Positions 30,401 through 39,983 of a DNA stretch of 64,000 nt are shown here, piece after piece. Below the pieces are notes generated by a model. The model had not been told where the DNA came from. It was given only the letters and a program-made list of their open reading frames with translations, and made no database searches. Both the position numbers and the translations under genes were made by a program. This stretch comes from Perkinsela sp. CCAP 1560/9. Taxonomy: Eukaryota > Protista > Euglenozoa: Kinetoplastea. The stretch is taken from the NCBI GenBank assembly GCA_965644495.1, contig CBFFSA010000001.1:2046001-2110000 (forward strand), written 5' to 3'. The first letter of the stretch is position 1. Each line of letters starts with the position of its first letter.

Positions 30401-32404
30401 GAACACACGCAAGCGCTTTGTGAACTGCTGGATTTTCAGAGGCAGCACAAACGGCAATACTGCTTGGGTCAATTCGACCTGAAAAACGCCTTTGGTTCTC
30501 TTCCACACTCGATCCTCTTCCAAGTATTACAATGGGCAAAGGTGTCGCCGATTATCATCGAATATGTTCACTCCCTCTATACCAGTGCTTCTCTCCGAGT
30601 CAAGTGTGCTGAGGGGTTGACTAACCACATTCCCGTTGAACGAGGCGTTCTTCAAGGCGACACCCTATCTCCTGTGCTATTCAACCTTGCGATGGAGGTA
30701 GTTTTAAGGTACCTTCGATCCAGCTTTCCAGGATATGGCATCACATGGGGCGGGCAAGAATCATTCCTTAAGGCGTTTGCGGACGACCTTGCCGTCATTA
30801 CCAAATCACCCGAAGAAATGCAGCATGTTACTAACGCCCTGGTAAAGGTGCTCGCCAGATTAGGCATGCGGCTAAATGTACAGAAATGTCGGCTTCAGTA
30901 TATGGCTGTAGCGGATGGAGGATACAAAACCCACAGACCGCGCATCCGTGCCGGCGGCGAAAGCATACCCCACGTTTGCGACAAAGGCAGTCAGTTTCTG
31001 GGCATGACGCTAGCGCCTGGAGCCCAACAAGGGAAAGTGTTGTTCAAGAGTCTCCGTACACAACTACGCCACTGGCTTACCAACGTATCTGAAAGTGCCA
31101 TGGATACGCCCGCCCGCCTCTGGGTCTACAATAACGTCATTATTTCCCGTCTACGCTACGTTCTGACGGTAAATCCGGGAATCACACTGAATTTCATCCT
31201 GCGGCTGCAAAAGCTTGCGACTACACACATTCGGAAATGGGTGAATATGGCCAAAACTGCAACCAGCGAACTTCTCTATTCTGAGCGGGGGTGGGCCTTA
31301 ACTAGTTTCTCAAAGCTGTGGATACTCTGCACGAGTACACTGGTCGAGCAAATGCAGAAATCACGTGACCCGGCTGTGCAACAGGCTTTAAGACACCGCA
31401 TCCGCAGGGAACTGCACAAGCGCTCAACGGGACACGTCCAACCAGTAGTTGAACTGTACGACCGACGAGAAGACCGTGTGGCGACACGGCGGTTCATTGA
31501 GAGTGAATACGAGCGACACCTTTCCGAATCCGTGCAACGACGGGCTCCCATAGCGGCACAGTGGTTCCGTATGGCCACTGAGGACGAACTTGCGAAAGAC
31601 TTTGCTGCTGCGGTATGTAACATCAACAGTGAGGCACTCTCCCGGTTTACTGCATCTGTGTTGACCCAAACACCACTACCTACTCGTTCAGCACTGCGTC
31701 GTTGGGGTCTAAGTACGCACACGGACACAAAGTGTCCCATTTGCAAAGAGGAGGTGCAGACAGTTCGACATGTCCTCACAGGGTGCAAGGTGGCCCTTGA
31801 ACAGGGCCGCTACACGTTCCGCCATGATCTTATACTCCACGCTATCGCAGATGCCGTAAGAGCATCCCCAGAAACAGCGCAGTACCACTTTGATCTTTCT
31901 CTTTACCGAAACCCCCCAACATGGCTAAGTCAACAGGACACGGCCCTTAGACCTGATGGGTGGATCAAGCTACATAATGGTACTGAGTTCATACTTGAGC
32001 TCACTTCTCCGTGGGAGGAAAACTTTTTATCCTCACATGAGCGGAAAGTGCGGAAGTACGGGAATCTGTTTCTCGAAAGGAAAATGACTAACCCGGCAAC
32101 CTTTCTTCTTGTCATCGAAGTGGGGGCCAGAGGGAAGCTCAACTCCTCTACGCGAGCGCTCAACTCACTTTTCGGAGGTAACAAGGCCACCGCCTCGCAA
32201 TGTCGACAGAAGCTTGTCAAAAGAGCAATACGAGGAAGTTTCGCGATTTTTCAAAACCGCGATAACCCGAGCTGGACGGAAGCCAGCATATAGCGATGAT
32301 GAAAAGCTTAAGGGAAACCCGTTTTGTGCGGGGTTTATGCATGATCTACGTGTATTTCTCTTAGGTGACAATCTCTGCAGTCATACTGCATGATAAACAA
32401 AATA
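27390..32404 (+). mobile_element. full-length RLE-type non-LTR retrotransposon (HERO-like)
   Basis: Single intact ORF with RT and C-terminal CCHC+RLE; short 3' UTR with stem-loop and A-rich end; excision restores the LRR reading frame. Confidence 0.93.
27452..32293 (+). CDS. retrotransposon polyprotein: 5x CxHxCxxKxxCxHxCCK modules + reverse transcriptase + zinc knuckle + restriction-like endonuclease
   Basis: APGPD, WRPISL, IDTTIQKGF, FDLKNAFGSLPH, GVLQGDTLSP, AFADD; CPIC...HVLTGC, GRYTFRHD, LRPDG, LELTSPWEE, ERK.RKY, EVGARG. Confidence 0.95.
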   Translation: MALPPSTSAPQAQSDVPRGSAGAKSSRKHSFHFTQQRAIPIKIRHSTSSLWIYFSDIHAAASFLTEKKHFNTEITAELSLARTLDTGAKRTDGILIEKCTLQEVMDEEACEHFVFKETAPPHRIFRHASWTAAHADEVLNLSQQYSCPGTLGRAIKKKLAGHDIPGLASFDITHVSQREQTSDEIPWENPKISYDEPLAIRAPRQPNDSRGTRSLRTQPCAHRCLNKLTCLHPCCKVGIESEPIPDPASDPNALQLGEAGSMVDASPHSTASRRPESTRSQPCAHRCLSKRTCLHPCCKVGIEPEPITDPASDLNARQLVEAAPTALVAVQQTASRPGYTLSQPCAYRCLNKLTCLHPCCKIGGECDPASQAGTHRPTGTIQSPHTDSTQLRDEPHQTMYSTTRRPCKHVCRDKQNCKHGCCKVGVLVDSSTPTDPSRPGIPHNETYVASTRDLHAQHIQPTSARKISDTSTVPEGEESSHRPCKHLCHNKEECKHKCCKEGVQSPVKDTRSGSSRWSLRNLLSWGFTTGSTRTNENTAPARTRDGHATGSAAQRYPETHRNMPQDQQQAETTAHHTQARIDVIEETETQVQDTTQQDLPHHDTQPNSIPNVRTILQSQRMRTRNDRSGSPETAEDLLSTLRTIEGGRVMASLSHEQWQRAIKKSFERCEKYLKPAATPTEVLRHADLLTACIAVSAYEIAREADPTKGFKLRSTTGHTKRASRPLSYDRSAKELSGHIRQLKRTLSYTHGRSERDRLIRNIKEATKARNLYTEEANLLRREREKRWVTDRFQRNPWTAGGECLDNNEKMRKQPTIFPNCPQAVIETFFKDTLSIGNETHTLPPTDLLGAGNESEMKWEDIDVQTIAAAISSKRPSAAPGPDTISNAFLRRCTELYPFIAQVFNDLLKHPVGPTHWKQAVTRLIHKGGATDKLSNWRPISLTSCLGKLLHSIIGHKLLSHAVSTGIIDTTIQKGFLPNVNGTIEHTQALCELLDFQRQHKRQYCLGQFDLKNAFGSLPHSILFQVLQWAKVSPIIIEYVHSLYTSASLRVKCAEGLTNHIPVERGVLQGDTLSPVLFNLAMEVVLRYLRSSFPGYGITWGGQESFLKAFADDLAVITKSPEEMQHVTNALVKVLARLGMRLNVQKCRLQYMAVADGGYKTHRPRIRAGGESIPHVCDKGSQFLGMTLAPGAQQGKVLFKSLRTQLRHWLTNVSESAMDTPARLWVYNNVIISRLRYVLTVNPGITLNFILRLQKLATTHIRKWVNMAKTATSELLYSERGWALTSFSKLWILCTSTLVEQMQKSRDPAVQQALRHRIRRELHKRSTGHVQPVVELYDRREDRVATRRFIESEYERHLSESVQRRAPIAAQWFRMATEDELAKDFAAAVCNINSEALSRFTASVLTQTPLPTRSALRRWGLSTHTDTKCPICKEEVQTVRHVLTGCKVALEQGRYTFRHDLILHAIADAVRASPETAQYHFDLSLYRNPPTWLSQQDTALRPDGWIKLHNGTEFILELTSPWEENFLSSHERKVRKYGNLFLERKMTNPATFLLVIEVGARGKLNSSTRALNSLFGGNKATASQCRQKLVKRAIRGSFAIFQNRDNPSWTEASI

Positions 32405-32788
32405 CTACATACCAACCGATTTGATGGTACTGTAAATATTTCTCATCTGCCACCTAACTTGCGGGATTTAGACATTCATGGCAATAATTTTTCTGGTAAG
32501 CTCGACATCACACGGTTGCCACGAAAGATGACTTACGTAAATTTCTCGCACAATCGATTCACAGGCCCGCTTCACCTACATCAACTGCCCACATCACTTT
32601 TAGTGCTTGACGCAAAAAATAATCTATTCTCTGGGTTAGTGAAGTTTGACGGTCTTCCTGTTTCATTGCGCTCGTTAAGCCTAGAAAACAATAAGAAGCT
32701 TTCCGGTGAATTTAACAAGTCTGATCTTTCGGAGGATTATAATTTTATTAGTGTAGGTGGTACTGGGATTATAGAATTGGGTCGCTAA
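32405..32788 (+). pseudogene. LRR gene, 3' half
   Basis: Resumes mid-repeat at LHTNRFDG in the same frame as the 5' half; four further LRRs. Confidence 0.85.
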
Positions 32789-33086
32789 GTAGTTATTGTA
32801 TTCCTCTATTTAAGATTTTTTTGATATCGGGTCGTTTTATTTCGGATCTCAGAACCTTCGCAACTTGACCTCCTATTCACTGTACGAGTATTTCCTCTAT
32901 TTAAGGGTCAAAATGTCTAAAATATGTACCTAAAGTAGTCAGACAGTAAGTTTGTCGCAAATACACGAGTAATAAAATTAGTCCTGAGGTTGAAAGTTAT
33001 GTCAAGGCACAGGCGCGATCATTATTTTAATTAATACATACCACTCTTAGGCTTCTCTTGTGAGTAATGAATAACTTTTATTCCTA

Positions 33087-33479
33087 ATGCACTTTAATCC
33101 ATATGGTGGTTGGTCTCAACAACCTTCTGGTGGATCCAACAAGCCCCCACGGTCTCGGTCAGGTGTACCACCCCCGTACTCCAGCACTCGTGCTGCACAG
33201 ACTCCCTTTCGAAAATCTTCCAACGTTGCGGATTTACACTCTTCTGAATTAGAACATCTTGAGCGATATTGTGAAAAAAGGCTTCTCAGCAATACGTGGA
33301 AAGTTGAAATGCAAGAATGGGTAAGGGATCGAGTCACTGAGCGTCTCTCTGAAGGCAAACCGATTATAGAAGACGAGCTTGTCGAGGAACTGATGCCCAT
33401 AGCACGTAGTCGAGTCCCTCCAGAAATTGTTAATGATGTTTTGGGGCGAATTCAGCTTCATACCCGCGGTAACTCGTAG
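33087..33479 (+). CDS. SUS1: Sus1/ENY2 family protein
   Basis: L....W..EM...VR......DELVEELMP.ARS.VP.EI...VL.RI pattern of EnY2. Confidence 0.7.
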   Translation: MHFNPYGGWSQQPSGGSNKPPRSRSGVPPPYSSTRAAQTPFRKSSNVADLHSSELEHLERYCEKRLLSNTWKVEMQEWVRDRVTERLSEGKPIIEDELVEELMPIARSRVPPEIVNDVLGRIQLHTRGNS

Positions 33480-33917
33480 GAAGAGTATTAAATCCGGGGA
33501 TCTTGTATATTAATCTTAACCGTTTTTCTAAATCCAAAAAACGACCGATCAATTTCTCTAAATTTTATTTCTTACGATGAATCAAGAAACAACTAAGAAG
33601 AAACGAAAGCACTGCAGGCATTTTTTTCACAAGGTTGTATAACTGGAAACTCATTTGAACCAAGAAAAATAATTAAAAATAAAATGTAAAATTTAGAGAT
33701 TTTCCACGTTTATTTATTAAACGTCTAAATTTGTAAATTTTATTGTCGCATACCGCTTCTTGTGGGATCATTCGTTCATGCAAACAGGTCAGAGGGAAGA
33801 CTAACGTATAGAGAGGTCATGATTCAAACAAGGAAGAGTGGGAGATGAATTTCATTGCAAACTTTGCGCATGCTGAATCTCAATGGTTACTTTGTAAGTG
33901 ACCAAAATTGATAGTTC

Positions 33918-36900
33918 ATGCACGTCAAAGTAACTAACCACATCACTTATTTAGCGCGACGTAGCTACACTACCGCTGAAAACGCTTCTGCTAGAACATC
34001 GCTTGTCTTTGTCGAGCCTCCTGACCGCGAGACACGCCTTCTCAGTGCGATACGTGGCCAGTGGTCGAGTCTATCATGGGACGATGGATTGAAGGTGATA
34101 AAACATCTTTCCCTAATCAATCTTTCTCGTAGCATCTTGCTTCACGCCTGGTCTGAGAAAAGGTCGTGGCTTGAGGTTCTTAGAGCATTTTCTGCCGCGA
34201 ACGACCATCTAGTGACAGCGCCCCTACTATCGCACTTGGGTCTCTTAATAGCCCGGAAAGCTCCGCTGTCCTTTCTTATGCACTTGTGCGCAACTGATAA
34301 AATTCTTAAAAGTAATAACGGTGCTTCTGTTTGTGTTACTACTAGGTGTGGTTTCCAAGTCAATTTTTGTCTAGAGCGAAGACTCCAAAGCTGTCCACAC
34401 CTCTTGTTAGAAATGGTATCAGTCCGGTACTTGAGGCTTAAGGACGTAAGGTGCAAAGAGCTGACGAATACAGCAAGACCAGAACTTGATCTTCTCGATC
34501 AATCATGTGCCATGGTGAATAACATGGACTTTTTTGAACAACCGAAATCCCTCTCAATCGCTATTCAACTTCTATTAGAACATCGCTTCTTGTGGGTAAA
34601 AGGGATACAAATGGCGTCTGATAATCGGACCCCCGAACGAAGCGCCTTAGCATGTACAAAAGTTCCTTCCTCACTGTGGCTTGCCGCAATGAAAATATTT
34701 GGACCCTTTCCTGGATTCCTTGCTACTTCGTGGAATACTTGTCTGAATTTCCTTTTAAAGAACCATAATTTTATCCGTGCGTTACGCGCTACACGATGCA
34801 GCGTTGATGAAACTTCCAAGGATATAAAGCACGTTGAACATGATTCTGAAAACAGTATGCTATCGAATTCTACAACAGGAATTAGTTTTCTTATGAAACG
34901 TATAGCGATTCATGTTGTCACATCGCACAATCGTTTGCCTACACGCAGCTATTGGGATAAATCACTAGGTTGGGTCCTTCAAAACATTCCTGGATGCGTA
35001 CCAGAGTCGCCCACCTATTTTTCTTTTTCCGATGCCAATTTCCTGCTCAAAACTTGGCCAGACCTTGTAAAAGGCATAACTTTAGAGCTATCTAAAAAAT
35101 CATTTTGGCTTTCGGCTCTTGCCCCTCTGAGCGTCTCCCTTTGTCAAAGTGCTCGTTGGGATGTTCTTCTTCGTACTTTAGCCAACCACCACCTTTTGTA
35201 TGGACGAAGAACGGAAGCTTGGGTAGCCTTTGGAAATGATATTGAGGCGAAGGACCCTACAAACATAGAAATTACAAAGTCACCTCAAGAACAAGTTCAG
35301 CATGACAAATGGCTTCGGAGCTTGGCTCAGGTTTCCTTGCAAGCTTTAAAACTATCTTTGACACGAGGAAAGCACATCACAGACGCGTTATTGATTCCTC
35401 AGTGCGCACTTTTTTTGCTACGTTCTTGTCGCAAACAGTCAATATATTGGATGCCTCATTTACTTGAAGGAATGTTTCCTTTAATACTTAACAGTCATTG
35501 GAAGTTTGTTTTGCGTTTTATGTCCGGTGCAAACATACCGAAACCTGTTCATCTCTCTGCGTCGCGTGTATTGGCAAAAACATGTCTCCGCCACGGACAA
35601 TGGTTTGTTGCCGCGCAACTTGTGCTACATAAAAATCATTTCACCGCTGCAGAGCAACTTAAGAATTATCCGCAGCAACGAACTTTAGACACAGAAGATC
35701 ACCCTCTTTGTGTCTTGCTTAATCAAATTTCATCACCAGAGCGAATAGGGTTCACGGAACAGCACATTTTGCGTTCCACTGGAGGGCAACTTCTGGAACA
35801 TTGGTTCAAATATCGGTCGAATCCTCGTCGATGGCACGAATCCTTGGAAATTGTAGGCACGTGGCTGAAAAAGTTATCGGCCCCTCCACCGTTTCTTCCT
35901 CGATCTGTAATTCAATGGATGATGATTCACCTTCCTCAAACGTTCACATTTATTAAATTACTTGATGTGGCTGCAGACAAGAATCATCGCCTATGGTACA
36001 AAGTAAGGAGACTTTTACACCACCCTACTTTATGGAAACCCGCAGTAGAAGTCATTTTGGCGCAAGAAAAGCTGGAAGAAGAAAAGCGAAAAAGTATATA
36101 CAAAGAGGAGCCGAAAGACATGTTCTTTGACGCAGATTTATTAACTGATATTTGTCGTCTTGAATACAATGAGCTAAGTTACTTAGTTTGTGAAAAGCTT
36201 ATCAGATATCTTCCACCACATCCTCTTACTACCACAACGCAGATTGCTGACTTGCTTTTGGCTATAATACAACATGCAGCAAGAGCTCCGAAGTTCCCTT
36301 GCTTGGGACAGAAAGCGCTACACCTCTCGTTGGAATATTTTCCTTCCTGTTTTCCTTTTGTATGTCCCCCCTATGTTAATCAAGCATTGGAAGTAATGGT
36401 ACAGGCACTGGGGTGGAGATCAGTCGAAAAAGCCATTAAAAAAATGGAACATGCTTCTGACTCACCTCGTGTCTCTGAATCTGGGGGGCACAGTATCCCG
36501 GTTCCAGCACCAGTGGAGTGCCACAAATCGGGTGAAACGGTGTATCTGAGGAGGAAGACACTAAACACTTCGTGGGAATTTGCAGTGAAAGTATTTTTAG
36601 GTAAGCTCAAGGAATCAAAGGAAAACATACACAATCAAATCTTCGACCAAATATTTCGCGATTTAATTCAGGCAGAAAATCTTCCCGCGCGATTCTGCTT
36701 TTTGGCGTTGATGGTTCACTTTAAGATTACCAGGAAGCTTCATGAGGGAATTCTTACAGAAGTTATTCTTTCAACAATGAATGTCTCAAGTCCTGACGAA
36801 TTACAACAATGTAGTCATATCCTGGAGAAAATGAGTCGGGCTGTCGTGGATCAACAAACACTGGTTCGCATAAAAACTGTTCTAGAAACCATGGGGTCTC

Positions 36901-37637
36901 ATTCCTGTGCAGAAAATGTCTTAGAAAGCAAGGAGGAATCCAAGAGTTTTCTTTCTAAACCACCAAGTGCACATTCACTTATTGATTCCACCTCTTCCGA
37001 AGTCGGCATGAAGACTGACTCTCCCTTTCGGCGTCCTCGACGACCACGATACCTCTCACCTGAGATAATTCGTGATTTGCGGTACGTTGCAAAATCTGAC
37101 TCTCAAACAGCAGAGGGCTGGGCCAAACCTGATGAAGAGCACGGTGCAACTGTGGCCCAGTGGCTGCGGGGCTTTCCTGTGGATCGTAAGGCAGTAACCA
37201 CCGACGACATTTCCCGTCTCCACCATGAGTTGATTCATCGCACAGAGGTCTCCACAGCGTTATACGCTAAGCACAACGTGGATGCACTTCACTTAGTTCA
37301 CTGTCTCTGCGACGATGGATCAGGCAGGTTTGCGCATAAAAATCGCATGGCTATCTTTCGTCCTCAGTACGGCAGCTCTGCGGCCTCCAACAAGCCCGCA
37401 AGGTCAGTCATACCTTCTCCCGAGCCTTCAACTACAAGAGCCCTCGAAGTGCTTTGCCGTAATGTGATTGGACGGGACGGCACCGTTCCGGGTCCAAGGC
37501 AGCAAGCTGCACTATTGGGTGCCCAGTTGCGTGGGCAGATTACCTGGATAACGGCACTGCGCTACGCCTGTGGTGGGGACGTCGCGGCCTGGCGACGGGC
37601 CTTTAACCGAGCTCAACTAGGTGTTTGGAATAGCTAA
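33918..37637 (+). CDS. hypothetical protein (1239 aa, Trp/Leu-rich helical)
   Basis: Long uninterrupted ORF; no motif recognised. Confidence 0.75.
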   Translation: MHVKVTNHITYLARRSYTTAENASARTSLVFVEPPDRETRLLSAIRGQWSSLSWDDGLKVIKHLSLINLSRSILLHAWSEKRSWLEVLRAFSAANDHLVTAPLLSHLGLLIARKAPLSFLMHLCATDKILKSNNGASVCVTTRCGFQVNFCLERRLQSCPHLLLEMVSVRYLRLKDVRCKELTNTARPELDLLDQSCAMVNNMDFFEQPKSLSIAIQLLLEHRFLWVKGIQMASDNRTPERSALACTKVPSSLWLAAMKIFGPFPGFLATSWNTCLNFLLKNHNFIRALRATRCSVDETSKDIKHVEHDSENSMLSNSTTGISFLMKRIAIHVVTSHNRLPTRSYWDKSLGWVLQNIPGCVPESPTYFSFSDANFLLKTWPDLVKGITLELSKKSFWLSALAPLSVSLCQSARWDVLLRTLANHHLLYGRRTEAWVAFGNDIEAKDPTNIEITKSPQEQVQHDKWLRSLAQVSLQALKLSLTRGKHITDALLIPQCALFLLRSCRKQSIYWMPHLLEGMFPLILNSHWKFVLRFMSGANIPKPVHLSASRVLAKTCLRHGQWFVAAQLVLHKNHFTAAEQLKNYPQQRTLDTEDHPLCVLLNQISSPERIGFTEQHILRSTGGQLLEHWFKYRSNPRRWHESLEIVGTWLKKLSAPPPFLPRSVIQWMMIHLPQTFTFIKLLDVAADKNHRLWYKVRRLLHHPTLWKPAVEVILAQEKLEEEKRKSIYKEEPKDMFFDADLLTDICRLEYNELSYLVCEKLIRYLPPHPLTTTTQIADLLLAIIQHAARAPKFPCLGQKALHLSLEYFPSCFPFVCPPYVNQALEVMVQALGWRSVEKAIKKMEHASDSPRVSESGGHSIPVPAPVECHKSGETVYLRRKTLNTSWEFAVKVFLGKLKESKENIHNQIFDQIFRDLIQAENLPARFCFLALMVHFKITRKLHEGILTEVILSTMNVSSPDELQQCSHILEKMSRAVVDQQTLVRIKTVLETMGSHSCAENVLESKEESKSFLSKPPSAHSLIDSTSSEVGMKTDSPFRRPRRPRYLSPEIIRDLRYVAKSDSQTAEGWAKPDEEHGATVAQWLRGFPVDRKAVTTDDISRLHHELIHRTEVSTALYAKHNVDALHLVHCLCDDGSGRFAHKNRMAIFRPQYGSSAASNKPARSVIPSPEPSTTRALEVLCRNVIGRDGTVPGPRQQAALLGAQLRGQITWITALRYACGGDVAAWRRAFNRAQLGVWNS

Positions 37638-37904
37638 GACTGGTACCGCCGCGGGGTTAGGGGCTAGATTTCGTTGGGCTATAAATAAAAAAAATAGCTA
37701 AACGTCACACTCCTGTTTTTCGTACTACTATAGATCCCCCCAGTAAGATGTCCCCCAGTAGGAGAGATTTGGTCCTTTTTGTGCTGACCCCCAGTAAGAG
37801 AGATCCGCGCTTTTGTTTTCTACAGTTCCCACCGCCCACACTTTTGTTTTCCAGAAATTTTCTTTCATCAGGCAAACCGCAGATGTTTTAGTGCATGTAC
37901 GTTG

Positions 37905-38015
37905 GGCTTCGCAAATTGTTTCCCACTAACAACGCCGCGTATGGCTCGGGCCATCGACATACCACCCCGTCCGGCTTCGCAAATTATTTCCCGCTAACAA
38001 CGCAGCGTATGGCTC
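37905..38015 (+). repeat. ~43-bp direct repeat x2
   Basis: GGCTTCGCAAATTRTTTCCCRCTAACAACGCMGCGTATGGCTC. Confidence 0.75.
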
Positions 38016-38188
38016 TCCTCTTTACTGAGTCTTCTTTTTCCCATGTAAAATTGTAGAACTTCGGCCACTCGTGCGCCATAGAAAACACTTGTGGAAGAAA
38101 ACAACTTTTCTTGTCAAAAAATTGCTATTTTTAAATACTGATTTTAAATACCGCGCGTATCCCGAATGGTAAAATAATATTGTAAGAT

Positions 38189-39258
38189 ATTGCGGCGGTT
38201 GTAAAACTACCGCTCTACCCTCGATTATTGAAAACAAAGTGAACAAAAACAGTGAAAATATTAAGAGGAACACAGTAATATAATAGAAGAAAATTGAGAA
38301 AATTTAATTGATTAATTTAAATAATTGAGAAAATTGAGGGAGATACTACTCCCTCGCTACCGTAGGTTAATTCGTCGTGCCCGATTTGTGGACCGATTTC
38401 GTTTCAGGTGAGTTTTCGGAAAAAATGTTTACAAAGACGTATGAATCGAATTTAGTGACAGGATTACTAGTTTTTCAACAATTCCGATGGGTATCCCCTG
38501 CCCCCCCACTCCCCACCAGGGTGATCATAGCAATTTTTGAAATTTTGAAAAAAAAACTGAAAAATTATGGGTGAAAGTCAAAAAATATATTTTTCCCAAA
38601 TCAACTCCTAGACCGTTTTTTGAGAGTTTGGGGCCTGATATACCTGTATACGGTTTGGTTTCATTCGATATTTCTCCACCCTGTTCCGGTAATACACCTA
38701 CAAAGGCCAAACTTTACCTGGAAGTGTGTGACACGCAAGGCCTTAGAGGAAGGAGGAGGCGCAAGGCAAAAAGGCAGAAGGCGGAGTCTTCTGTATTTTT
38801 GCCGCGGCGACGACGACTTCCTCGCGTGGGAAGCTGTAACGCGCCCTAGGGAGCATGTTCGGATGGCTATGTAATCCAGGATAAAGTGGACGAGGAAGAT
38901 ACTAATGGCACCTTTGAAAAACCACCTCGAAACTGGAACGGTATCTCCCGGTTTGTAGAGCATTCTGATGTGGCAAAAGGGCCTTTAACGGGTGATACCG
39001 TTCTAATTTCGAGGTGGTTTTCCAAAGGTGCTTTTAGTATCTCCTTCGTCCACTTTAGCCTGGTTATATTACTGTATTCCTGTTTATATTTTCACTGTTT
39101 TTGTTCACTTTTTTTCAATAATCGAGGGTAGAGCGGTAGTTATACAACCACTGCAATTTTTCTTCTATTATATTACTGTGTTCCTTTTTATATTTTCACT
39201 GTTTTTCTTCACTTTGTTTTGCAATAATCGAGGGTAGAGCGGTAGTTATACAACCACT
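38189..39258. mobile_element. complex foldback region with nested inverted repeats
   Basis: ~100-bp arm 38189-38296 is inverted relative to two tandem copies at ~39063-39258; inner ~78-bp imperfect inverted repeat 38876-38953 / 38987-39063. Confidence 0.65.
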
Positions 39259-39397
39259 ATCTTGGAGCCAACTATATCAGACGCAAATATCAGATTTAGT
39301 GCTCTGAGAGCTAAAGTACGCAAAAATGGCCCCATTTTCACCCAAAAATCGGCTATTTTTGGCTATAATCTTTCCGTTTTCTTCAGCTTTCCTGGCC

Positions 39398-39522
39398 AAA
39401 TTTTCTTTTTTAGGCTCTTCGTTAAACGCGGTGGTAGTTTTCAACGCGAAGCGCGCAGCATGAGTGACTTCTAAGTGGAAAACGACCACCGCGTTTAACG
39501 AAGAGCCTAAAAAAGAAAATTT
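39398..39522. mobile_element. ~120-bp foldback element, copy 2
   Basis: Perfect 38-bp inverted arms AAATTTTCTTTTTTAGGCTCTTCGTTAAACGCGGTGGT. Confidence 0.75.
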
Positions 39523-39983
39523 CACGCCATTAATCGTCTTCAGAGGGCGCGTTGCCTAGGATTCCTAATGAAGTTCAATCGGCACTTTCTCCCATCAGCC
39601 TTTTTCCTCAGTAATGCAAGCACTGACTTCCCAAAATAAGACGCGCAAACCTGATACAACCCAGGCAATCCATTTTAGCTGCAATTCCAATAAAACAGCG
39701 GATAAATTACAGATCTTTTCTCCCAAAAGAATTTAACCTCCTCCCTTATTTTCCTTAATAGAATGTACCAAAGAGGAAAAATTATGATCTTTATCATAGT
39801 TTTTCTTGTTTGGGGAACATTTTCATGTCTTTCATCCCAAAATCGGACCTCAACTCCCAATACCTTCTTTATCTCACAAAACCAAACACTGCTTTTTTTG
39901 AAAAGCAATTGTTTGAAAAAATTCATTTGAAAACATTTGTTTGTAAAAACACATTTCTTTGACCTCCCTTTTTTCTCTCCTCC

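Noticed and set aside
27452-32293. Bacterial group II intron, retron or DGR reverse transcriptase
   Set aside because: It has non-LTR RT motifs with a C-terminal CCHC + PD-(D/E)xK RLE in a eukaryotic gene context; there is no template/variable repeat pair or intron RNA domain V.
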